Below, piece after piece: positions 1-9,670 of a stretch of 64,000 nt of DNA. The number at the start of each line of letters is the position of its first letter. Position 1 is the stretch's first letter. The notes beneath the pieces were generated by a model. That model worked only from the letters and a program-made list of their open reading frames with translations. It made no database searches and had not been told where the DNA came from. This stretch comes from a virus (Duplodnaviria > Heunggongvirae > Uroviricota > Caudoviricetes): the IMG/VR virus record IMGVR_UViG_3300035544_000169. The stretch is one strand, 5' to 3'. The position numbers and the translations under genes were made by a program.

Positions 1-116
1 TGGCACGCAAAGACGACCCCCGGGAAGAAAGAACATTTAATGTTATAGACATGGGAGGTTTCCTCCCCCTTCCTCCCGTGTTTATATAGATTTAAAAATG
101 AAAAGGGTGATTTATT

Positions 117-1859
117 TTGGCTAAAAACTACGGAATTGAATACAGTCCGAACATTTTTTACAAGCTGGATGAGGCTCCTCCAAACCAGTATAAAAAAAGG
201 ATAATCAAATCCGAAAATTATGTAAGCTCAAAAGATAATGAAGAAAAAGTTGAAGAGCTTAATGTAAAAATCGACTTTCTAATTGACAAAACAGAAAAAG
301 AACTTGCAAAAGAAGATGGTTTTGAAGATTACAAGCCAAAAGCTGTAAAAAAATATTATTGCCAGCAAATCTTAAGCGATGAGGACAATAGCTATGTCAC
401 AGAGTTTGAAGGAAGACAGTCTGACATAACTGGCAATATGGCTATTGATTATTACAAAAGACTCTTAAGCTTAAAAAGAGAGAACGAAAATGACCTTGAT
501 GCTATTTTAGACTTGATGAAATTTGAGGCTAAGGGTCTTAAAAATTATATAAAAGATTTAGCTTATGAGTTTGACCTAGAGGAAGATTATTTAGACATAA
601 TCTACAGACAGGATGTAATAGATGACTCAAAGAAAAAGATTGAGATTTTAAATGATATATTTTTAGAGTTGGAAAGAAAAAGAGAGAATTTGAAAGAAGA
701 ATTTAAAAAAGAAAGTAGAAGAGGTAATGCTGATAAAGCCCGCTCAATTCAGTTTGAAATGGATAGAGTTAGAAAAGAAATTTCAAGAACTAAAAACAGC
801 TTAGGTTATACAGCAAGCCATTCTTACAGCATCTACAAAAAATTAGAAAAAACAGATAGTTTTGTTCAAAAAATAGGATATATGGTTGTAGCTTCACCTT
901 ATGACAACTTTGATGGTACTGTCTGCTGTATGTTAAAGGCACTTTTAAAGCAGGCAGGATTAGATGACGATATAGAGGATATCGATGATAGGCTGGAGAG
1001 ATTAAACATCAAAGAGTTAAAGGATGCGGTTGATACGATAAGGGCGCTTCTTGCCCTATCTTATAATGATGCGTCTAAAATTCTGGCACAAATAGAAAAT
1101 GAGCTGATAGACATACTCACAGCTCCGCTAAAAGCTCTGCTTGGAAAGTCAATAAGTATGCTGAGGGATTTAGAAATATCAGCATTTAGAAATGTATATA
1201 AACTTTTCGACAGTGTAAGCGGTGATTTTGATAATCCAGATAATATATTAGACTGTATATATTTAGAAGAGCTGATGGATTTTACTTTTGACAAAATGGA
1301 TGAGGTATTTGAGGAAATAGAAGAATGCCTTTTAGATATCTACAGAGCCATCCATCAACAGATAGATATTTACGATGAGGATTCTGTAAAGCTTTTTGAG
1401 AAGGCAAAAACACAGGCTGTTTACGACCTTTTAACCAAGTTCTCTAAGGTATTGAATACATTAGATAAATTCTCGCTAAGCCAGGGGATAGAACAGTGGA
1501 TAGAAGGATTCCTGGTTGATAGTGGTTTTGGAACCTACTACGACAATGAATCAGGTACTTATAAAAATGTAAATGTTGGAGGTTGTATAAGTCCTTTTGA
1601 TTATGACGGCTCTTACAACAACTTCATACCAGAGTACCCTTCAGATATACCAAGAATAGAATTCGCAAATAACCAAGAATATAAAAAATGGATTAAAGAT
1701 GATAAAGCTGTTAGCTTCTCATGTGAGTTGAATACAGATGCAAAAAATGAAGAGAACAAAAATCTATTAGAGAAACTCAAAAAAGATATAGATATTGCCG
1801 ATAAAGATGTACCGATATTGGCAGCAAATTATATAGAAAATAAGGACCTAAACTATTAA
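117..1859 (+). CDS. Hypothetical acidic, largely helical/coiled-coil protein at the start of the head module
   Basis: 580-aa ORF with TTG start and SD-like AGGGTGA at 104-110; no recognisable motif. Confidence 0.8.
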   Translation: MAKNYGIEYSPNIFYKLDEAPPNQYKKRIIKSENYVSSKDNEEKVEELNVKIDFLIDKTEKELAKEDGFEDYKPKAVKKYYCQQILSDEDNSYVTEFEGRQSDITGNMAIDYYKRLLSLKRENENDLDAILDLMKFEAKGLKNYIKDLAYEFDLEEDYLDIIYRQDVIDDSKKKIEILNDIFLELERKRENLKEEFKKESRRGNADKARSIQFEMDRVRKEISRTKNSLGYTASHSYSIYKKLEKTDSFVQKIGYMVVASPYDNFDGTVCCMLKALLKQAGLDDDIEDIDDRLERLNIKELKDAVDTIRALLALSYNDASKILAQIENELIDILTAPLKALLGKSISMLRDLEISAFRNVYKLFDSVSGDFDNPDNILDCIYLEELMDFTFDKMDEVFEEIEECLLDIYRAIHQQIDIYDEDSVKLFEKAKTQAVYDLLTKFSKVLNTLDKFSLSQGIEQWIEGFLVDSGFGTYYDNESGTYKNVNVGGCISPFDYDGSYNNFIPEYPSDIPRIEFANNQEYKKWIKDDKAVSFSCELNTDAKNEENKNLLEKLKKDIDIADKDVPILAANYIENKDLNY

Positions 1860-1871
1860 GGGGGAATAGGT

Positions 1872-3377
1872 TTGGATTATAACGAGGCTAAAAAAGACAG
1901 GGAAACTTTACTGTCCTTACTTAGAGAGTATGGTGGCCAGAGACCTCTCGCAAGAGAGCTTGACTGCGACCATAAAGCAATTAAGTACTGGATGGATAAG
2001 TATGGTATTACAGTTGAGGATTATGAACAGTATGAAGATGAGTTGGAGTTTTCTGGTAAAGAGAAATATGTAGATTTTACTGAAGAAGAACTAGATGGCG
2101 ACTACTATCTAAATGATGAAAACAAATATCCTTATGAGAAGATAGATGACATTTACATTTTTAGAGCTCCTTTCGGAGAGTTTGATGTAAGCAAGGATAT
2201 CTTGGATAGAGTCTTGGAAGATTACTGCAATATAGGGCTTACCAAAAAGGAAACCGCAAGAGATGTAGGACTTTCAATTAAGGAAGTTCATGTAATCTTA
2301 AAAGGCTACGGAGTAATCCACGACAGCATTCCTTTTAGAAAAGAAGTTCAAAGAGAGCTAACTCCACAGGAGATGGCAGACTTAAGTCTTGAGCAAAAGG
2401 AAGCGTTATACTACAGAGAGATAGAGCAAAAACAGTACAAAAAAGCTATCAGAGAAAACAAGAAATACAAAGAAAAAGATTATCTTCTAAAAAAACAGGC
2501 CGATAGAATTTTAGAAAACTTAGAACAAGTAGAGTACAGGCCTCCAGAAATTGTTCACTTAAATGAAGAAAAGAAGCTGAACAAAAACACTTTAGTAGTT
2601 AATATCTCTGACTGGCACAAAGGTAAAACTGTTTTAAGTGCCAAGATTTTAGGAAACAATGAGTTAAACAAAGTTATATACCAGCAGAGAATAGATAAAT
2701 TCATAGAAAAAGTTTTAATGATGCTAGAGAGACATAAACCGGAAAAGGTATTAATTTTAAACTACGGTGATGGCCCAGACTCTCCTAATGCAGATGTTTA
2801 CCCGGGCCAGAGAGAACATCAGGACGTATTGTACGAAGAGCAGGTAATGGGTTATGTTCAGGATGTTGTTGATTTTATCCTAACAATCCACCAGCACCAT
2901 CAGCATGTAGAGTATGCTGGAGTGCCAGGAAACCACTCAAAAGGCAATATCAACTGGGATGTTTTAGCTAATATGTTCATTAAGGAATTACTTAAAGATT
3001 ATGAAGATATCAAAGTAGATTCTGAAAACATAGAATACAAAGTACATGAGATTTACGACTATTATCTTGTACAGTTCCACGGCAACTTCCTGACAACAAA
3101 AGTGGACAGTCCTACAGCACAAAAACAAGCCTTAAGCATATTAGAGCTTGAAGGGCTTCCTAAAAAGAGAAGTTACTTATGTCAGGGACACTTACATCAC
3201 AGAGCAGCTGAAGGGCCTTCTTACAGAAGAATTCTTTTACCAAGCCTCGTTGGAGGAGATAGGCTTTCTGCTAACATGATGCAGACTGGAGCAAGACCGG
3301 GCCAGCAGATTTTCGTGGTAGAAGACGGAGAAGGGCTGACAGATGAACATAATGTATTTTTTGACAACATACAATAA
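1872..3377 (+). CDS. Calcineurin-like metallophosphoesterase with N-terminal HTH motifs
   Basis: All five MPP motifs present: SDWH, YGDGPD, PGNHS, FHG, GHLHH; HTH-like segments GGQRPLARELDCDHKAIKYW and LTKKETARDVGLSIKEV. Confidence 0.85.
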   Translation: MDYNEAKKDRETLLSLLREYGGQRPLARELDCDHKAIKYWMDKYGITVEDYEQYEDELEFSGKEKYVDFTEEELDGDYYLNDENKYPYEKIDDIYIFRAPFGEFDVSKDILDRVLEDYCNIGLTKKETARDVGLSIKEVHVILKGYGVIHDSIPFRKEVQRELTPQEMADLSLEQKEALYYREIEQKQYKKAIRENKKYKEKDYLLKKQADRILENLEQVEYRPPEIVHLNEEKKLNKNTLVVNISDWHKGKTVLSAKILGNNELNKVIYQQRIDKFIEKVLMMLERHKPEKVLILNYGDGPDSPNADVYPGQREHQDVLYEEQVMGYVQDVVDFILTIHQHHQHVEYAGVPGNHSKGNINWDVLANMFIKELLKDYEDIKVDSENIEYKVHEIYDYYLVQFHGNFLTTKVDSPTAQKQALSILELEGLPKKRSYLCQGHLHHRAAEGPSYRRILLPSLVGGDRLSANMMQTGARPGQQIFVVEDGEGLTDEHNVFFDNIQ

Positions 3378-3409
3378 ATATCTTTTACGAGGCAGGTGGT
3401 GAAATAAAT

Positions 3410-5356
3410 GTGAGAAGAAAAAAAATAAAAAAATCATTTTTTGATAAAGTTAAAGAATTTGTCAAACATCCGGTAAAATACTTTAAGCAAGCAGCTGATG
3501 ATGAAAACCCATTTGCCCGAGCTATAAAAAAGATAGGCTATGCGATGTTTGACGGAGATGCAAGAGCTGATGAGTTTAGTGGCCCTGACTTTGACTTAGA
3601 AGAAATAAACAGGGCTTACAACACAGATTCTTATGTAAGACAGGCTATTGATAAGCACATAGAATTGATGTTTAAAGCAGGTTTTCACTTTGTCGGTAAG
3701 GATGAAAATGTTAAAGATTATATCAATAAAAGATTTTCAATTTTATCTGACATGATGGGACTTCCTATGAACCAGTTCTGGAAGGATATAGCTGATTCAT
3801 TAGTAAAACATCACAATGTTTTTATTGTTAAAAAGAGGATGGACCCTTCGAAAATGCCGAAGGTTAATGGGTTAACATACAAAGGGCTCGGCAAGAAAAA
3901 ACCTGTTGGAGCATACTTTATACTTCCTGCAGAAACAATGAAGATAAAAGTAGATATAAATGGAACAATAAAAAAATACCAGCAGGATAATGGAGAAGAG
4001 CAGGTTGAGTTTAATCCGATGGATGTAATTCACATCCCGTATAAGAAGCCGGCAGGAAAGTTTTTCGGGGTACCGTTTTTAGTACCTGTTATAGATGATG
4101 TAAAACTTTTAAGGCAGGTAGAGGATAATGTTGCTCGACTTTTATACCGATTTTTGTATCCTTTATTTATTTACAAAGTAGGTCTTGATAAGGCAGGCTA
4201 TGAATCAACAGATGAAGAGATACAAAAGATGCAGCAGGAAATACGAAATATGCCGATTGATGGTGGGCTTGTTCTACCAGAAAGGCATAATGTTGAACTT
4301 CTAAACACAAACGGAAGCATTCCGGCAGAAAAGTACCTTGAATACTACGAAAAGCGGGTATTTACAGGGCTTGGAGTAAGCCAGACCCTAATGGGAAGGG
4401 CAGACACTTCAAACCGCTCAACAGCCGAAAATCAGTCTTCAGAGATGAGAGATAGAGTTCGTGCTTTCCAGACAGTAATAGAGGACTATGTAAATCACTT
4501 TATTATTAGGGAATTACTTTTAGAAGGTGGATATGACCCGCTTTTAAATCCTGACCATGATGTAGATTTTGAGTTTGAAGAAATAGATGCAGACTTAAAA
4601 ATCAAAACTCAAAACCATGCGGTATACATGTTTGAGCACAACGCCTGGACTCATGAAGAAATGAGAAAAGCTCTTGGCAAAGAACCTGTTGCTGATGAAT
4701 CTAGACTGCAGTCTAACATGTTTAACGATGTAGAAAATCAGGCAGATACAGATAATAAAAATCAGCCACAAAATCAGCACTCAAATGCTGAATCTGAAAA
4801 TAAGGTAGACATTTATTATCCATACGAGAGTAGAATAAAGCGACTATATATCGACTTTAAAGAAAAGTTTATTGAAGCCGAGGAGCTTGATGCCCTTGAG
4901 TCAATAACAGAACAGTTTTTCCAGAAGTCGCTATTTTATGTGAGAAACAGTGTCAGAAAATCTTTCAGCTCTGGTTTTGAAGAGTATTCAGACTTTGACT
5001 TTGAAGAAAGTAAAAACCTGCAAGAACTTGTAGAAGCTGTCGAAGTTAAACTAAACTCCTTAAAGAATGAGTTCATAGAGAAGCTAAGAAATTTAGATGA
5101 GGGAGATAAGAAAATATTCCTTAAATCTTTCGAAAGTGAATTCAGCAAAGGCTTTAATATCCAAAACAATGAAGCCTACAACACAGGAGCTATAGAAGCC
5201 TTTAAAGGAAGTAATGAAAAATTAGATATAAGCTTCAAAAAAGGCGAAAACATAGAATTAGATGTAGATGAAAATATGCTAAATACGGTACCACAATATA
5301 GAATTGAAAATATAAAACCCCTCAAAGAAAGGGGGGAAGCTAGTGAAGAGGCTTGA
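3410..5356 (+). CDS. Portal protein with C-terminal extension
   Basis: Portal-like segments EINRAYNTDSYVRQAIDK, DVIHIPYKKPAGKFFGVPFLVPV, GVSQTLMGRADTSNRSTAE; lies directly before protease and capsid genes; GTG start. Confidence 0.85.
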   Translation: MRRKKIKKSFFDKVKEFVKHPVKYFKQAADDENPFARAIKKIGYAMFDGDARADEFSGPDFDLEEINRAYNTDSYVRQAIDKHIELMFKAGFHFVGKDENVKDYINKRFSILSDMMGLPMNQFWKDIADSLVKHHNVFIVKKRMDPSKMPKVNGLTYKGLGKKKPVGAYFILPAETMKIKVDINGTIKKYQQDNGEEQVEFNPMDVIHIPYKKPAGKFFGVPFLVPVIDDVKLLRQVEDNVARLLYRFLYPLFIYKVGLDKAGYESTDEEIQKMQQEIRNMPIDGGLVLPERHNVELLNTNGSIPAEKYLEYYEKRVFTGLGVSQTLMGRADTSNRSTAENQSSEMRDRVRAFQTVIEDYVNHFIIRELLLEGGYDPLLNPDHDVDFEFEEIDADLKIKTQNHAVYMFEHNAWTHEEMRKALGKEPVADESRLQSNMFNDVENQADTDNKNQPQNQHSNAESENKVDIYYPYESRIKRLYIDFKEKFIEAEELDALESITEQFFQKSLFYVRNSVRKSFSSGFEEYSDFDFEESKNLQELVEAVEVKLNSLKNEFIEKLRNLDEGDKKIFLKSFESEFSKGFNIQNNEAYNTGAIEAFKGSNEKLDISFKKGENIELDVDENMLNTVPQYRIENIKPLKERGEASEEA

Positions 5357-6584
5357 ATTTAAGGAAAACTTCAAGATAAACGAGTCAAAAGATTTAAAAA
5401 ATCCAAAAGTCAAAGAGTCTTTTTTAAACGACAAAGAGGATAAGCTTACAGTAAAAATCGAAGCAATACATGCAATAACTACAGGAAATTACAATACTTA
5501 TCCTGCAAAGGAGCTTAGAGGAGATGTAACCAAGAGAACTGGTGCATTTTCCTGGACACACCCTTACAATAAGCCAGTATTAACACATCACAACTCATAC
5601 AATGGAGAGCCAATTGGTAGAGTAATAGAAGCTAAATATCAAGAAAGTTCACAGGCTGGACCACCTGTTATAGTCTTAACTGTTGAGATAACAGATAAAG
5701 ACGCTATAGAAAAGGTCAAAGATGGAAGATATGTTACTGTATCCATTGGTGGCAGTGCAGAACATGCATACTGCAGTATATGTGGTAATGACTGGTTGGA
5801 AGAAGGAAGATGTGAACACTGGCCAGGTTATGAATATGATGGAAAGACAGCAACACTTGAAATGGCTGATTTAACTTTTGTTGAAGTTTCATTTGTTAAT
5901 GTGCCGGCAGACAGCTACGCAAAAATAATAGATGTCGATGAATCACAGGGTGCAAAAACAACAGAAGAATTTTATATAACAACAAATGGGAAAGCTGTTG
6001 AAGAAAATATGCAAGGAGGTAAAGAAATGGATTTAAAAGAATTACAGTCTAAATATGACAAACTAAATGAGTCATATAAAACTAAAGAAGAAAGAGTAAC
6101 TCTTTTAGAAAAACAGGTTGAAAACATCGAAAGTGAAAGAGATGCAGCCTTAGAAGAAAGCAAAACTTTATCGGAGAAAAATAGTAATCTTGAGATTAAG
6201 CTTACAAATCTAGAAAATGAACTTGACGACCTTACTGCTGAAAATGCTGAGTTGAAAGACAAACAGCATAAGATTTTAGCTGAGAAAGTTGTTCAGAAAA
6301 AAATCGGTATGAATAAGCTAAAAGAAGAAGAGCTTGAAGATGCTATTAAGGAGCATGTAGGCAGAAAAGAAGAGTCTTTAAAAGATACTCTAAAAGACTT
6401 AGAAAAAGAAGCTGAAATGCTTGCTGAAGAGTCTGAAGGAGAAACAGAAATTACAGAACCCGGCGAGCCAACTGACAAAGAAGGCCTACACAATGCTGAG
6501 GGTGAAGAGAATGTAGAGACTGTTGAAGAAGACGAAGATTTAGACGATAAGTTCGATATTAACGAAGAGCTAAAAAACTTATAA
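5343..6584 (+). CDS. Prohead maturation protease fused to acidic coiled-coil scaffold
   Basis: PVLTHH (His), PIGRV, TVSIGG (Ser), FVEVSFVNVPAD of HK97-type prohead proteases; CSIC..CEH insert; coiled-coil C-terminal half. Confidence 0.85.
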   Translation: MKRLEFKENFKINESKDLKNPKVKESFLNDKEDKLTVKIEAIHAITTGNYNTYPAKELRGDVTKRTGAFSWTHPYNKPVLTHHNSYNGEPIGRVIEAKYQESSQAGPPVIVLTVEITDKDAIEKVKDGRYVTVSIGGSAEHAYCSICGNDWLEEGRCEHWPGYEYDGKTATLEMADLTFVEVSFVNVPADSYAKIIDVDESQGAKTTEEFYITTNGKAVEENMQGGKEMDLKELQSKYDKLNESYKTKEERVTLLEKQVENIESERDAALEESKTLSEKNSNLEIKLTNLENELDDLTAENAELKDKQHKILAEKVVQKKIGMNKLKEEELEDAIKEHVGRKEESLKDTLKDLEKEAEMLAEESEGETEITEPGEPTDKEGLHNAEGEENVETVEEDEDLDDKFDINEELKNL

Positions 6585-6628
6585 TAATTTAAAAAAATAC
6601 TAAAAGAAAGCAAGGAGGAAATTTAATA

Positions 6629-7981
6629 ATGGCATTATATAACATGAATCCTGAACCTTCCATTATTGAAAGTAACGCAGACGAGTATAACAGAACTCAG
6701 ACTAATTTAATCAAGGATGAGGGGGATGCTCCTTCTGGAAGAAAGGCAGTTGACCCAAGACTAGAAAAGAAATTCAAGTTCCACTTCGGTGGGCAGAACG
6801 GCTGGGTAGTTATTCCTAAAGGTCGTATCGTAGCGATTGACCCTGACTTTGAAAGAAAGTCATTTGACGATGAAATGTACTACAACGTGGCTACATTAGC
6901 TAACGGTGGTAAAAAAGTAACAGAAGCTAATCCTGATGGAGAAGACTATGTAAGAGCAGCCAATAAACCTGCAGGTGTGTCCACAGTTAACGTATATGAG
7001 GATATCGATGACAGCTTTAGAGGTAATGTTCCAGTTTACTACACAAGAAGCAATATTAACTTACCATACTTTGCTCTTAAAGCAGATGCTGAAAAGACAG
7101 AGTGGGGTAGTGTTTACGGTCCATTGAAGCCAGGAGATAAAGTTATGGCTGATGAGAATGGCCGTTTTGTTAAATGGAAAGAAGGTAAATTAAAAACTGA
7201 AGTAAAAACTTCTGACGCTTCAGGTATTGTTGACTTAGATGTTGCAATTTTCCCTGGAGAAGCTGCAGAAGATTTTGCAGTTGTTACAACAGCTGACGGT
7301 ACAGCAGTTACAGTTACAGCAGTAGACCACAAAGCTGGTCAAGTTACTGTTGACGCTACTGATACTGAAGTTGAAGTAACTTACCGCTCCGTATTATCCA
7401 ACGCTGAGCAGATTGTTGGACAGGTACAGAACCTAAACGCTCATGTAAATGACGGTATGGTTAACTATGCTGGCTGGTTAAACTGGGTTATGCCAGAAGG
7501 TAAATATGTAGATGCTTCCGGATATCGTCCAGAAGATTTATCTGCTGACGGCCATCCTTATGACCCTCAGTACTTTGAAGGTTTCGACGACAAGACTATG
7601 GCTCCTACAGGAATCCCTGGTCTAACAGATGGTTATAACATCACAGTTCCTTATGCTGACAAGCCTCTAGGAACAATCCCTGAAAACATGGCAGAGGGCG
7701 AAAGCTTTAACTTCCGTGTGCTACCTACTGAAACTCCTATTTTAAGAGAAACAGTAGTAGTTAAATTCGACGGTGTAGATGTTACTGCAGATGTAGTTGA
7801 GCACATTGATGCTGATGCTGGTTTAATTATGATTAAACTTGATGCAGCTAACGCTACAGCAGCTGGAGAAACTGTTGAAGTAACAGTTGACTTCTCTGCT
7901 AAACAGCAGCTTGCAGGTCTACCAAGTCAGTATGATTTCTCTGGAGTATATGGAGACGCAGACATTTTACTACAGCTTTAA
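6629..7981 (+). CDS. Head decoration/cement-like protein with inserted small beta-sandwich domains
   Basis: Between protease and major capsid gene; strong SD AAGGAGG; VIPKGRIVA and LKPGDKVMADENGRFVKW beta-tulip-like motifs. Confidence 0.65.
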   Translation: MALYNMNPEPSIIESNADEYNRTQTNLIKDEGDAPSGRKAVDPRLEKKFKFHFGGQNGWVVIPKGRIVAIDPDFERKSFDDEMYYNVATLANGGKKVTEANPDGEDYVRAANKPAGVSTVNVYEDIDDSFRGNVPVYYTRSNINLPYFALKADAEKTEWGSVYGPLKPGDKVMADENGRFVKWKEGKLKTEVKTSDASGIVDLDVAIFPGEAAEDFAVVTTADGTAVTVTAVDHKAGQVTVDATDTEVEVTYRSVLSNAEQIVGQVQNLNAHVNDGMVNYAGWLNWVMPEGKYVDASGYRPEDLSADGHPYDPQYFEGFDDKTMAPTGIPGLTDGYNITVPYADKPLGTIPENMAEGESFNFRVLPTETPILRETVVVKFDGVDVTADVVEHIDADAGLIMIKLDAANATAAGETVEVTVDFSAKQQLAGLPSQYDFSGVYGDADILLQL

Positions 7982-7996
7982 TAAATAAAAAATATT

Positions 7997-8020
7997 GAGC
8001 CTTCTGAAAAACGGAGGCTC
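7997..8020 (+). promoter_or_regulatory. Intergenic stem-loop just upstream of the major capsid SD, no clear U tract
   Basis: GAGCCTTC-tgaaaaac-GGAGGCTC, 8-bp stem with one G-U pair. Confidence 0.5.
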
Positions 8021-8050
8021 TTACAAAAATTTTAAGGAGGAACAAAAATA

Positions 8051-9175
8051 ATGGGAAAAACAAATAATTTCCGTGAATTCTGCGCTAAGGCAGATTCCAA
8101 AAAAGCGAAAAAAGCCATTGAATTTGTAAAAAAATATACACCTTTAATGAGTGAAGGTGACATGAGTAATTTTGACTTAGGCGAAAGCCCAAAGGGTGTT
8201 AAAGAAGCACTATCTACTTCTGATGCTGCTGTTTTAATGACAAAAGTAATGGAAGGAACAATGGAAAAGGCTGCAGAGCCACTCTATATCGGTTCTAAGT
8301 TCTTCAAAAAGATTAACCTTGATAGTGGAAACAGAATCGTATTTCCTGCAATCGGAGCTTTAAGAGCTCACGAAATGGGTGAAGGTGAATCCTACAGACA
8401 GGAATCTTTAGACATCATGCTCAAAGAGCGTGCTACTGAGGTTACTGTTACAAAGAAAGGTGTAATGGTAGGAATCACCGAAGAAATGATTGACGATTCT
8501 CAGTGGGAAGTTATCGGACTTCACGTTGAGGCAGCTGGACGTGCACTAGCCAGACTTAAAGAAGAGTTAATCTTTAAGGCTATGACCAAGCACGGATGGA
8601 CAACTTTCGACAACGATAGAAGAGAAAAGTATCCTGAAGCTGGAACTACTGGTTTAGATGAGTATGGTAATCTAAACAATACATTAAGCACAGAGGATAT
8701 GTTCGATATCGTTCTTGCTCTAATGAACAACGAGTATATGCCAACTGATATTTTAGTACATCCGCTGACATGGGGTGTTTTTGCTAAGAATGGTCTTATC
8801 GATTTATTCAGTAAGCCTGCTTTAGGTGGAGACGCTAGTATTGGTACTATCGATAGAGATGCAACTAAGGGTAGATTACCTTTCAGTTTAAATATTACTG
8901 CTTCACCATTTATTCCTTTCAACCAGGTGGACAAAACTTTCGATATGTACGCAATCGACAGAAACAATGTTGGTGTAATCGTACAGCGTGAAGATATGAC
9001 AACTGACCAGTTTACTGACCCATATAAAGATATCTATAACTTAAAGTTCAAAGAGCGTTATGGATTAGGAATTCTGGACGAGGGTAAAGCTATTAGTGTA
9101 GCTAAGAATATTGCTCTTGATACAACTTACGAAAAGCCACAGCTTGTTCGTACTTTAGATGTAACTCAGAACTAG
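8051..9175 (+). CDS. Major capsid protein, HK97 fold
   Basis: KKGVMVGITEEMIDDSQWEVIGLHVEAAGRALARLKEELIF backbone-helix region; PTDILVHPLTW; strong SD AAGGAGG; followed by a terminator. Confidence 0.92.
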   Translation: MGKTNNFREFCAKADSKKAKKAIEFVKKYTPLMSEGDMSNFDLGESPKGVKEALSTSDAAVLMTKVMEGTMEKAAEPLYIGSKFFKKINLDSGNRIVFPAIGALRAHEMGEGESYRQESLDIMLKERATEVTVTKKGVMVGITEEMIDDSQWEVIGLHVEAAGRALARLKEELIFKAMTKHGWTTFDNDRREKYPEAGTTGLDEYGNLNNTLSTEDMFDIVLALMNNEYMPTDILVHPLTWGVFAKNGLIDLFSKPALGGDASIGTIDRDATKGRLPFSLNITASPFIPFNQVDKTFDMYAIDRNNVGVIVQREDMTTDQFTDPYKDIYNLKFKERYGLGILDEGKAISVAKNIALDTTYEKPQLVRTLDVTQN

Positions 9176-9191
9176 AAATAAATAACAACTA

Positions 9192-9226
9192 AATAGGGGC
9201 TTTTAACTTAAGCCCCTATTATTTTA
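9192..9226 (+). terminator. Intrinsic terminator after the major capsid gene
   Basis: AATAGGGGCTT-ttaactt-AAGCCCCTATT perfect 11-bp stem followed by ATTTTAT. Confidence 0.8.
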
Positions 9227-9248
9227 TCAAATTTACGGGGGGTAAAAA

Positions 9249-9662
9249 ATGTATAAAGTAACTTTAAATAAAGGAACATCTTATTTTGACCCAAAGACAA
9301 ATACAAGCTTAAAGCTCAGCAAAAAGACAAGAACTTTTAGCGATGAAGAGCTTGAAAGACTTGATATGGAAAATATTGAGTTTGCTATAAATGTAAATGT
9401 ACTTAAAAAAACTGAAGTAGATGCAGAAGAAGTAGTGCAGGAAGAAACAAATGAAGTTAAACAGGAAGTAACTGAAGAACCTGTGAAGGAAGAAACAGAA
9501 GAAGTTTTGCAGGAAGAAGAGTTGGCTTTAGAAGAGTTTACTGACGATGGTGACCCTAGATGTCAGGAGATTACAGGCTCTGGAAGCCAGTGCAAAAACG
9601 CTGCTAAATACCCTGAAGAGGACCCAAAATACTGCGGAACACATAAAAAAGACGAAGAGTAG
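9249..9662 (+). CDS. Small protein with acidic linker and C-terminal C3H zinc-finger-like motif (DUF5763-like)
   Basis: RCQEITGSGSQCKNAAKYPEEDPKYCGTH matches CxxxTxxGxxC..YCxxH; E-rich linker. Confidence 0.7.
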   Translation: MYKVTLNKGTSYFDPKTNTSLKLSKKTRTFSDEELERLDMENIEFAINVNVLKKTEVDAEEVVQEETNEVKQEVTEEPVKEETEEVLQEEELALEEFTDDGDPRCQEITGSGSQCKNAAKYPEEDPKYCGTHKKDEE

Positions 9663-9670
9663 GTGGTTAA

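Noticed and set aside
1-77. End of an upstream gene and GGGAGG with two alternative CCTCCC partners (62-67, 72-77)
   Set aside because: Frame of the upstream gene cannot be fixed from about 40 nt; the hairpin may be a simple terminator, and a switch role is unsupported
3373-9184. AATAAATA at 3373, 7980 and 9177 resembling the T4 late promoter TATAAATA
   Set aside because: Expected by chance in AT-rich spacers; one copy lies just before a terminator; no consistent motif across the other gaps
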